Shown here: positions 1 through 8,598 of the stretch, one piece after another
How positions within the stretch are numbered: position 1 is the stretch's first letter
Layout of the letters: the number at the start of each line of letters is the position of its first letter
Source: an uncultured Poribacteria bacterium
GTDB lineage: Bacteria > Poribacteria > WGA-4E > WGA-3G
Direction of reading: 5' to 3'
Assembly (NCBI GenBank): GCA_951813565.1
Contig: OX638351.1
Location: 2,496,001-2,560,000 of the forward strand
DNA: 64,000 nt
Position numbers and translations under genes: made by a program
Notes under the pieces: generated by a model
Seen by the model: only the letters and a program-made list of their open reading frames with translations
Database searches by the model: none
What the model was told of the DNA's origin: nothing

Positions 1-538
1 AAACACCCAGTCTATAATATCCAAGAAAAACTTCTGAATCTGTTAGACCGGTGTAGGTTTCATTGCGATGATGGATAAACCCATTCTCTTCAATCGCTTC
101 CCATTGTTCTTGAGTATATTCAACACCGTCAATCTTCTCAATAGTTGCTTCTTGAACTTTGGATTCATAAGGGAGGTTTGCTTCCAATATCCATTGAGAA
201 CCGAGTAGATATTTTAACCCAACATCAAAGCGATAAACGTTTAAGACGACATGATGTCTATGCTCTGGGACTTTGTCTATTTTTCGGTTTCCGTTTAGAC
301 TAATGAAAACTCCTTCATCTTCAAGATGTCCACCTTGTGCATCAAACCACCGCATCGTGCTGAAAGAGGCTTGAAATCTTTTGCTATCTGAAGTCAAACT
401 GACTCCACCCATCCCGCCACGTGGGATTGCGGGATTGCTTCAGGCGCCTCAGCTTTCTTGCCCAAACACATTATGTAGAACACCGAAAGGAAAAAGAAAC
501 TGAAGGATTAGTAGTGCGTAAAAAATTTTTGTTTCCAT
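1..538 (-). CDS. Partial (runs off window) exported/outer-membrane protein with two in-frame TGA codons (UxxU); candidate selenoprotein
   Basis: Manual translation from ATG 538: METKIFYALLILQFLFPFGVLHNVFGQES-TGA-G-A-TGA-SNPAIPRGGMGG...EANLPYESK...HHRNETYTGLTDSEVFLGYYRLGV. Frame is open to position 1 apart from TGA at 449-451 and 440-442. Confidence 0.7.
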
Positions 539-615
539 AGAATTTTATATGCGACAGCATAAATATACGCCTACTCCTAACTTATTGTGAGCTGTTTTTA
601 TAGTACAGAGGGTGT

Positions 616-1563
616 CTATAACTTTGTCTGTTCTGTTTTGAGGTTTAGCCACGCCATTTCATCGTGGGAGAGTTGAAGATTCAATGCGCCGAGGGAAGAT
701 TTCATCTCTACTAAATTAGCTGGACCAACAATCGGAAAAATCGGAAAGGGAAGATTAATGCAATATGCAAGCGAGACTTGAATGGCGGAAAAGCCGTATT
801 TTTCACCTAATTGTTTTGCGCGTGCCAGCCTTTCAAAGTTATCTTCGTTGTAATAGACACGCACCATATCTCCGTTATCTCTGTTTTCAGGCGTAAATGC
901 ACCGCTGAAGAACCCACGTGCTTGGGATGACCATGGCATTAACGGAAATTGATTCTCCACATGCCAACGGCGTGCGTCATCATCAACGCAAACACATCCA
1001 CCCCACATCGGTTCCATTGGGACCGCGAGGCTGATGTTGTTACTACATGCAACGAACCCGCTTAACCCGTGTTCTTCGGCGTATGTATTTGCTTCAATAA
1101 TACGCTGGGGTTCCCAGTTAGAAGCTGCGATGGCTCGGATACGCCCTGCATCTATCTCTTCATTCAAATAATCAATTATTGTGCTAACCGGAATCTCTAC
1201 ATCGTCTCTGTGAAGCATATAAAGATCAATATAATCTGTCTGGAGACGTACGAGATTTTCGTCAAGGTCTTGTTTAACGTATTCTGGTGAAACGCGGCGT
1301 GGAACACCGCCTTGTGGGTGTCCTCCTTTATCTATTAAGAATACCTCGTCTCTATTTCCACGTTCCTGCATCCAAAGACCGATTAACTTTTGACTATTCC
1401 CGCCTCCATAGATGTGCGCCGTGTCCAAAGCATTTCCACCTACTTCAAAGAATGTATCAAGCATCTCGGTGCTGTGGTCGAAACTTGCAGGTGAATACAT
1501 CATAGTTCCCAGAATCAGTTGTGAAATTTCTTGGTCAACTCCGGGAATTTTTATACGCTTCAT
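616..1563 (-). CDS. Aldo/keto reductase
   Basis: LILGT, DTAHIYG, LQTDYIDLYMLH, WSSQARG motifs. Confidence 0.9.
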   Translation of the reverse strand: MKRIKIPGVDQEISQLILGTMMYSPASFDHSTEMLDTFFEVGGNALDTAHIYGGGNSQKLIGLWMQERGNRDEVFLIDKGGHPQGGVPRRVSPEYVKQDLDENLVRLQTDYIDLYMLHRDDVEIPVSTIIDYLNEEIDAGRIRAIAASNWEPQRIIEANTYAEEHGLSGFVACSNNISLAVPMEPMWGGCVCVDDDARRWHVENQFPLMPWSSQARGFFSGAFTPENRDNGDMVRVYYNEDNFERLARAKQLGEKYGFSAIQVSLAYCINLPFPIFPIVGPANLVEMKSSLGALNLQLSHDEMAWLNLKTEQTKL

Positions 1564-1702
1564 TGAAATCTATTCCCTCACTTATACTTTTGATTTCTGC
1601 GTAGAATTCGTTCTTTCATACATGTTAAGGAATTCCACATCACAAAATTATACCACATTAGACGGACGATTTCAATGTAAAATTTGTAATATGGATACAC
1701 CG

Positions 1703-2662
1703 TTAGATTCTATTCTGGTAAATGGCTTCAACGAGTTCCATTGTTTTGACCGCATCAGCAAAACATGTTAATGGTTGTTGGTTTTGCTGAATACAATCCA
1801 CAAAATGTAGACTTTCTCCATAAAATCCATAAGTTTTGTGAGTTGCGTCAGAATCGGCAGCTTCCTCAGGTGTAATTTCAGTTATTCCGTCAGGAGTGTG
1901 AAGTATTGCGCTTCCACCAGCATCTGGGTTAATGTAAGCAGAAATTCCGTGTGCGTGCATTTCAAAAGTGTGGATACGTCCGCCGACAGCCCAATTTGTG
2001 CAGAGATATCCGGAGGCACCACTCGTAAACTTGACAAGTGCGTTGAAACTGTTCTCGCGATCGGAATAGAAGGAATTGATGTCGCTTGCAACAGCTTGAA
2101 TCTCGCCACCGCCAAGCCAACGGAGTGCGTCCACAGCATGAATTGCATCACAAGTTAAAACATCTATGACTCCGTCATAATAGAGCGCGTTTGCGGAATT
2201 TTTGTGGAAGGTAGACATGCATTGGATAATCGGCCCGTTTTCTTCAACTATCGCTTTGACTTTTTGCATCAGTGGAATAAATCGCCGGTTGAACCCTACC
2301 ATCGTTTTGCAGTCGTGCTTTTCAGCTGCTAAAGCCATTTCCTTTGTTTGATGAAGTGTTATGCCTGGTGGTTTCTCAATAAATACATGGTGTTTCTGCG
2401 ACAAGCAATGGATAACAAGCGGGAACAAGTGTTGTGGCGGCATCAAAATATAAACAGCATCAGGATTTGTTTCGTCAAGCATTTTCTTATAGTCCGTAAA
2501 GGTCTGTTCTATCTGAAACCTTTCTGCTGTGGCGTGAAGTTTCGCCTCTACCAGATCACACAATCCGACAAGATGGACATCTTCACATTCCGCGAGAGAT
2601 GGGTAGTGAACACCATTTGCCATCCCGCCTGCACCGATTAAAGCGATATTAATTTTTTTCAT
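1703..2662 (-). CDS. Gfo/Idh/MocA family oxidoreductase
   Basis: IALIGAGGMA, HVFIEKP, VGFNRRF; start moved to ATG 2662 after AGAGG. Confidence 0.9.
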   Translation of the reverse strand: MKKINIALIGAGGMANGVHYPSLAECEDVHLVGLCDLVEAKLHATAERFQIEQTFTDYKKMLDETNPDAVYILMPPQHLFPLVIHCLSQKHHVFIEKPPGITLHQTKEMALAAEKHDCKTMVGFNRRFIPLMQKVKAIVEENGPIIQCMSTFHKNSANALYYDGVIDVLTCDAIHAVDALRWLGGGEIQAVASDINSFYSDRENSFNALVKFTSGASGYLCTNWAVGGRIHTFEMHAHGISAYINPDAGGSAILHTPDGITEITPEEAADSDATHKTYGFYGESLHFVDCIQQNQQPLTCFADAVKTMELVEAIYQNRI

Positions 2663-2713
2663 CTTTTCCTCTGTTCTAATCAGGGTCATTGAATTTTCCA
2701 ATAGTTTCTTCCT

Positions 2714-2737
2714 GTAGGAGCGAGCTCCAGCTCGCGA
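2714..2737 (+). repeat. GTAG-type REP-like palindrome
   Basis: GTAGGAGCGAGCTCCAGCTCGCGA; related reverse-orientation copies near 12449-12473 and 35430-35453. Confidence 0.7.
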
Positions 2738-2854
2738 CCATGTCCTCTGTGTTCTAATGGTTTTTCTTGTATATTACAAAAGAAAATGTTAAAATGCAAC
2801 CAACTTCTGAATACAAAATTATCTCAACCCAAACATCAAGCGATACCATATCTT

Positions 2855-4432
2855 ATGAACTTTGACCCTATCAAATTAGAACTTTATAAGAACATACTCA
2901 CCTCAGTTTCAGAGGAAATGGGTGTTACGCTGCAACGTACTGCCTTTTCACCGAACATCAAGGAACGTCTCGATTTTTCATGTGCGGTTTTTGATGCTTC
3001 AGGACAGATGGTAGCACAAGCCGCACATATTCCTGTCCATCTGGGATCAATGCCGCTTTCGGTATTAGCAGCAATTGAGCATACCGAAATGGCACCTGGT
3101 GACATGGTTGTGCTAAATGATCCATATCGCGGGGGAACACACCTGCCAGATATTACTTTGGTAGCACCTGTTTTCGGAGAAAAGTCAACGAATCGTCCGA
3201 ACTTTTTTGTAGCAAACCGTGCACATCATGCAGATGTCGGTGGTATGACTCCAGGCTCCATGCCCCTTGCAACAAGTGTAATTCAGGAAGGTATCCGCAT
3301 TCCACCAGTGAAACTTGTCCGAGCTGGAGAACTGGACAGCGATCTGTGGGAACTAATTCTCGCGAATGTCCGAACGCCAACGGAACGACGTGGCGACATG
3401 GAGGCACAACTTGCCGCAAATCGCATCGGTGAACGTCGATTACAAGAGATTGCAACCAAATACGGCATGTCGGGAATTGAGGCGTATATGCAGGAACTCT
3501 GTGCATATTCCAGTCGGATGGTACGGTCGTTCTTACGAGAAATTCCTGATGGCATTTATACATTTTCAGATTTCCTTGATAATGATGCTATTACTGACGA
3601 ACCGATTGAAATCCGTGTTGCCATAGAAATTAAAGACGGGACCGCAATCGTAGATTTTACAGGCACATCGGGACAGGTACGAGGTTCAGTTAATGCTATT
3701 TACGCCATCACAGTCTCAGCTGTTTTTTACACGTTCCGATGTATTGCAGGTGAAGATGTCTCCTCCAATGCTGGGTGTCTGGAACCAATTCAAATTATTG
3801 CACCTGAAGGTAGTGTAATCAATGCAAAATTCCCTGCGGCGGTCGCCGGTGGAAACGTTGAGACTTCTCAACGAATTGTTGACGTGCTTTTCGGGGCATT
3901 AGCAAAAGCTTGTCCAAACCGAATTCCTGCCGCGAGTTGTGGGTCTATGAGTAATCTCACTGTAGGCGGGTATGATGTTTTACGCGGAAAAGATTTTACT
4001 TACTATGAAACCATCGCTGGTGGTATGGGAGCGCGCCCCAACTGTGACGGAATTGACGCCATTCATACTCACATGACAAATACGATGAATACTCCGATAG
4101 AAGCAATTGAGACAAGTTATCCGATGCAGGTGGAGCAGTATGCGATCCGACGTGCAAATGGCGGGGCAGGTGAATTTCAAGGTGGGGCAGGAATTGTGCG
4201 ATCTCTACGACTTTTGACAGACGCGGAGATTACAATCTTATCGGAACGCCGAGTGTTTCAACCCTATGGCTTGCAAGGTGGTGAAAAAGGGCAATTGGGA
4301 CGTAACGTCCTAATCCGTGATGGTAAGGAACAGCCTGTCGCTGGCAAAGCAACCTTTTCCATTAAAGAAGGCGATATTATTCAGATTGAAACGCCTGGAG
4401 GTGGTGGGTACGGGAAGAAAAATTTGAAATAG
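2855..4432 (+). CDS. Hydantoinase B/oxoprolinase family protein
   Basis: SPNIKERLDFSCA, HIPVHLGSM, NDPYRGGTHLPD, ETPGGGGYG. Confidence 0.92.
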   Translation: MNFDPIKLELYKNILTSVSEEMGVTLQRTAFSPNIKERLDFSCAVFDASGQMVAQAAHIPVHLGSMPLSVLAAIEHTEMAPGDMVVLNDPYRGGTHLPDITLVAPVFGEKSTNRPNFFVANRAHHADVGGMTPGSMPLATSVIQEGIRIPPVKLVRAGELDSDLWELILANVRTPTERRGDMEAQLAANRIGERRLQEIATKYGMSGIEAYMQELCAYSSRMVRSFLREIPDGIYTFSDFLDNDAITDEPIEIRVAIEIKDGTAIVDFTGTSGQVRGSVNAIYAITVSAVFYTFRCIAGEDVSSNAGCLEPIQIIAPEGSVINAKFPAAVAGGNVETSQRIVDVLFGALAKACPNRIPAASCGSMSNLTVGGYDVLRGKDFTYYETIAGGMGARPNCDGIDAIHTHMTNTMNTPIEAIETSYPMQVEQYAIRRANGGAGEFQGGAGIVRSLRLLTDAEITILSERRVFQPYGLQGGEKGQLGRNVLIRDGKEQPVAGKATFSIKEGDIIQIETPGGGGYGKKNLK

Positions 4433-4440
4433 CCGCGTTT

Positions 4441-4605
4441 GTAGTCGTGCAATTCATTGCGAAACTTTCTTGTAGGAGGGGTTTTCAACTCCGCAGCGTG
4501 CCACACGCGCACGCTGTGTTGATTTGGACAAATGCCATACGGTATGAGGCGTTGATTTCGATACAATCACTACATCGGGCTTGCAAAGCCCTCCCACAAG
4601 AGAGA
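4441..4605. repeat. Composite REP cluster with two nested micro-elements
   Basis: GTAGTCGTGCAATTCATTGCG; GTAGGAGGGGTTTTCAACTCCG interrupted by units ending GTTGATTT(GG); inverted TCGGGCTTGCAAAGCCCTCCCAC. Confidence 0.75.
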
Positions 4606-4634
4606 GGTTGTAAATTGATATCTTATAGGTAGGA

Positions 4635-5984
4635 TTAAGATAACCCTTCTAAACTCCCTGTACTATCCCCTAATTGCTGCAAATTAACATCCATTCGATT
4701 AAGCATAGACAACCAAAGATTATTGAGCGGCGTTTCCTTTGGATATTGGATATGTCGTCCACTCTTAATCGTGCCACACCCTTGACCAGCTAATAGAATT
4801 GGAAGATCGTGATGGCTATGGCGGTTGCCATCAGAATTTCCACTACCGTATAAAATCATAGAATGGTCAAGTAGTGTTCCTTCCCCTTCAGGAATGGAGT
4901 CAAGTTTTTCCAGTAGGTATGCAAGCTGCTGTGTATGCAAAATGTCTATTTTCCGAATTTTCTCTATTTTTGCTTTATCTCCACCATGATGCGATAAATT
5001 ATGGTGTCCATCAGTAATATTGATAGTCGGATATGTCTTGTTACTACCTTCATTTGCTAACGTAAAGGTCACAATTCGGGTTACATCTGTTTGGAATGCA
5101 AGAGCAATCAGGTCCAACATCAGGTGAACATGCTCTTGGAAATCTGCCGGAATTTTCTCTGGTGCAGTGTAATCAGGATTTTCGATTGGTGGGAACTTTT
5201 CTGCCGATTCTATTCTCATCTCAATGTCGCGAATAGCAGAGAAGTATTCATCAAGTTTTCGCGCATCGTTTCCGCTGACCTGTCGAATCAGGTCTTTTGA
5301 ATCCTGTCTAACAAAGTCAAGAATACTTTTTCGTTCTTCATCGCGTTGTAGTTTTTCAGTGTTAGGCTCGGTAGAAAATAGGCGTTCAAAAGCGAGTTTC
5401 GGATTAACCTCTTTCGGAAGCGGTTGGGTTGCAGACTTCCATGCCATCGTTGCTGAATAGACGCAGCTATAACCGGAGTCGCAATTGCCGGCTCTGTAAC
5501 CGGGATCAATGCCAAGTTCAAGTGAAGGTAACCGTGTTTGATCGCCGATATGTGATGCTGCGGCTTGGTCGACAGAAATACCTGCGTGAATATCCGTACC
5601 GCTCGTTTTGCGCGGCTGTGCGCCTGTGAGGAACGCCGCCATTGCTCTGGCATGATCGCCTCCGCCATCACCATTGGCGCGTGCTTTATCGGCTGTCAAC
5701 CCACTGAGGACCAACATTTTTTCTTTTACGTTTACAAGCGGTTTTAAGATGTCCGTGAGTTCATAACTTGTCCCTACCTGTTTCGGTGTCCAATTCTCCA
5801 TGATTTTCCCATTGGGAACATAGAGGAATGCCATCCGATTCGGTGTTACTTGTTCTGTTACACCTTTCGTGGCTGCGGTTGCCCAACTTGTGAGTGGACC
5901 CATCGATTCTAACCACGGTAGTGCTATGCTGACACCTAACCCGCGTAAAAATGTTCTACGTGAAAGTTGTTTTGATTTTTTCAT
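4635..5984 (-). CDS. DUF1552 domain protein
   Basis: LSRRTFLRGLGVSIALPWLESM, SVDQ, LPSLELG, LAFQTDVTR, HHNLSHH, GTLLDHS. Confidence 0.92.
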   Translation of the reverse strand: MKKSKQLSRRTFLRGLGVSIALPWLESMGPLTSWATAATKGVTEQVTPNRMAFLYVPNGKIMENWTPKQVGTSYELTDILKPLVNVKEKMLVLSGLTADKARANGDGGGDHARAMAAFLTGAQPRKTSGTDIHAGISVDQAAASHIGDQTRLPSLELGIDPGYRAGNCDSGYSCVYSATMAWKSATQPLPKEVNPKLAFERLFSTEPNTEKLQRDEERKSILDFVRQDSKDLIRQVSGNDARKLDEYFSAIRDIEMRIESAEKFPPIENPDYTAPEKIPADFQEHVHLMLDLIALAFQTDVTRIVTFTLANEGSNKTYPTINITDGHHNLSHHGGDKAKIEKIRKIDILHTQQLAYLLEKLDSIPEGEGTLLDHSMILYGSGNSDGNRHSHHDLPILLAGQGCGTIKSGRHIQYPKETPLNNLWLSMLNRMDVNLQQLGDSTGSLEGLS

Positions 5985-6156
5985 AACTGTATCTTTTACT
6001 CCTTTGTCCTGTTTCATTTGCGAAACAGATCACAATTATAATCTGTGAATTTGTACGGAGTTGATGTTATATTATAATTCAATTTGTGATAATTTGCAAC
6101 TATAGTAAAATCTGAAAAAATATGGATATTGCCGATAAGTGCTCCGATTTAAGTTA

Positions 6157-6265
6157 TACCATTTCCAAAAATAACTTCTCTTAAAGAAATAAACCGTCCG
6201 TAGTCGCGCAATTTATTGCGCCTCTTACATTTTTTCAAAAGAGAAAATAATTCATAGAATTGGTA
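6157..6265. mobile_element. MITE-like element carrying a REP
   Basis: Imperfect TIR TACCATTTC/GAATTGGTA, TTA on both flanks, internal GTAGTCGCGCAATTTATTGCGC. Confidence 0.55.
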
Positions 6266-6331
6266 TTATATGACTAATTGCTGGCAGTAAATACTTAAAA
6301 TTTTTAATGCTACATAACGAAATCTAATAAA

Positions 6332-7381
6332 TTAAAAAAGTGGTGCTCCTTGTGCTTCAACATAAACCGAGTAGAGAGATTGACTCGCTGTCATAAAGAG
6401 TCTATTCCTTTTAACGCCACCGAAGCAGATATTGGAACAGATCTCTGGCAGATGAATCTTTCCGATAAGCGTTCCATCAGGTGCGAAGATATGCACCCCA
6501 TCGTAGCCTTCACCGACCCAACCTGCACCTGCCCACACATTTCCATCAGTATCACACCGCAGCCCATCAGCGTTGCCAGGTGCTGTCTCATAAAACACCT
6601 GTTTTTTACTTAACCGTTCACCGTCCACGACATCAAAGACAACGATGTTTTTTGGTGTGCCTGTATCGGCAACATAGAGTTTATCGTAGTTTGGTGAGAA
6701 GCATATCCCATTCGGTTTTTCCGGTTCACTCGTTACAACTGTGGCTTTTCCTGTATCTGGATTGAGGCGATAAACGGAAGTCGGTAGTTCAAATTCAGCT
6801 TTATGGCCTTCGTAATTGAACATGATCCCGTATCCAGGATCGGTAAACCAGATATGTCCATCGGGATGGACTACGACATCATTTGGTGCATTGAACCGTT
6901 TTCCCTCAAAGTTGTCAATCAGTACAGTAATCGTTCCATCATATTCGGTTCGTGTGACGCGCCGTGTACCGTGTTCGCAACTGATGAGTCTGCCTTGTCT
7001 GTCCCGCGTATGACCGTTGGTATAGTTAGACGGTTTGCGGTAGACGCTTACTTTACCAGTGGCTTCTTGCCATTTCAGAATTCGGTTGTTTGGAATATCG
7101 CTCCAGAGAAGAAATCCGCCATCGCCGAACCAAACAGGACCTTCGGACCACCGCGCACCTGTCCACAACCGTTCCACAACAGCGTTTCCGATTTTATATT
7201 TTGCAAAACGCGGATCAAGGACTTCTACTGCTGGGTCCGGGTAACGTTTTACGACTTTGCCGTCTGCAAATGTATCTGCCCAAGATGCCAGTGGACCCAT
7301 CGCACCGATACAAGGCAGCGCGACACTCACACCAAGTCCGCGTAAAAATGATCGACGTGACAATTGTTTTGAAGTCTTCAT
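6332..7381 (-). CDS. SMP-30/gluconolactonase family protein with twin-arginine leader
   Basis: WSEGPVW, SDIPNNRI, NAPNDVVV, WFTDP, PNGICFSP, DGLRCDTDGNVW. Confidence 0.92.
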   Translation of the reverse strand: MKTSKQLSRRSFLRGLGVSVALPCIGAMGPLASWADTFADGKVVKRYPDPAVEVLDPRFAKYKIGNAVVERLWTGARWSEGPVWFGDGGFLLWSDIPNNRILKWQEATGKVSVYRKPSNYTNGHTRDRQGRLISCEHGTRRVTRTEYDGTITVLIDNFEGKRFNAPNDVVVHPDGHIWFTDPGYGIMFNYEGHKAEFELPTSVYRLNPDTGKATVVTSEPEKPNGICFSPNYDKLYVADTGTPKNIVVFDVVDGERLSKKQVFYETAPGNADGLRCDTDGNVWAGAGWVGEGYDGVHIFAPDGTLIGKIHLPEICSNICFGGVKRNRLFMTASQSLYSVYVEAQGAPLF

Positions 7382-7402
7382 AAGCATATCCATCGTTAAT
7401 GT

Positions 7403-7502
7403 CTATGGTGATTAAAAAAATAGACACTTCCCACCCTCGGTAGGTGAGGTTTTCTAACCTCGCCCGCGCAGAGCGTCCAGAAAATTCTACAATCTACCAT
7501 AG
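7403..7502. mobile_element. MITE-like element carrying a REP
   Basis: Ends CTATGGTGATT / AATCTACCATAG; internal GTAGGTGAGGTTTTCTAACCTCGCC. Confidence 0.5.
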
Positions 7503-7531
7503 TTTACCAAACATCCAGTGTTTTTGTCAAA

Positions 7532-8596
7532 TTAATACCTCAGCAAATGGCCAAATTTACCGGAGACCGAATTGTTCTGCGTTAGATCTGACGAAATATA
7601 ACGTTGACCATACATAAGCATAATCCGATTATGAATGAAGTCATATTTCGCAGAGGAGCAGGAACGAAGTTTATCCGGATATACGAGATAATATCCGATA
7701 CTTTCCGCTAAATCCTCGTTCGGATTCTTTTCATAAGCATAATCCGTTACAAATTCTTCTCTATTTTTAGTAGTTGACCAACCCGATTCACTTTTTGAGT
7801 CTTTTTGCCATCCGCCAAGTTCTGCCCAATCTCGTTTAAGCTGGTCAGAAAATAGACACGTCCATAAAAAATGTGATTTCTCGTGCGCAATTAAGCGGCG
7901 AGTATCATCTGGAAAATCACGAGTAAAAAGGGTTTGTGAAAGTTCAATATAACCTTCACTTGTCCATGCTATACCAGGTGCTCTTATCTTATCATCAATT
8001 CTACGTACCACATATCTTAATTCAGGAATTTTATGTAGTGCTTTCGGGAATTCCTCAAGTATTGATATGAAGATCATCAGGTCTTCATTTTCAAAATCTG
8101 AATAATGTTCTGCTGTTTCCTGTGTGACGCGTTGCGTTAGTTGGGCATAAGACGGTATATCTACACTAATGCCATACCGCTCTTTTAGTATCAGTTTCAT
8201 TGCCTCAGTATTTGTTCCATTTTCCGTTATGAATTGAACAGCAGCGAAAAATAAACGTTTCTCCGGCAACAACATCTGTTGAGAGCCTTCAACTGGAAAA
8301 ACATCACTACTGATAGTAACGGATTTCAAACTGTTTTGAAATTCTATGGTAATATCTTCTTCTAAATCGCTGCTTATCTTCCATATAGAGGGGTGGAAAT
8401 TTCGGTCTGTAGAGAAGGATTCAAAAATATTTAAAAGCGAACCCGCTTGTTTTGTCGTCCACGTAACGTCTAAATACACAGAATATTTTTGTTTGAGTTT
8501 TAAAATCGGATCATCACTAAATGTCTCTAAATGAACTGTATAACAACCTAATAGAAAAACTGAGATGGTAAAGAGAAAAACATTAATAATTCGCAT
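7532..8596 (-). CDS. Putative lipoprotein zinc metallopeptidase
   Basis: Lipobox-like LLGC; HEKSH (HExxH) and YAYEKNPNEDLAES. Confidence 0.65.
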   Translation of the reverse strand: MRIINVFLFTISVFLLGCYTVHLETFSDDPILKLKQKYSVYLDVTWTTKQAGSLLNIFESFSTDRNFHPSIWKISSDLEEDITIEFQNSLKSVTISSDVFPVEGSQQMLLPEKRLFFAAVQFITENGTNTEAMKLILKERYGISVDIPSYAQLTQRVTQETAEHYSDFENEDLMIFISILEEFPKALHKIPELRYVVRRIDDKIRAPGIAWTSEGYIELSQTLFTRDFPDDTRRLIAHEKSHFLWTCLFSDQLKRDWAELGGWQKDSKSESGWSTTKNREEFVTDYAYEKNPNEDLAESIGYYLVYPDKLRSCSSAKYDFIHNRIMLMYGQRYISSDLTQNNSVSGKFGHLLRY

Positions 8597-8598
8597 TA

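Noticed and set aside
440..451. Genome-wide TGA reassignment to Trp/Gly
   Set aside because: TGA ends conserved genes at their normal C-termini (thiS after GG, thiG, the aminotransferase at 53612)
6803..7345. This and other long opposite-strand ORFs in the track
   Set aside because: They fully overlap well-supported genes and show no recognisable motifs
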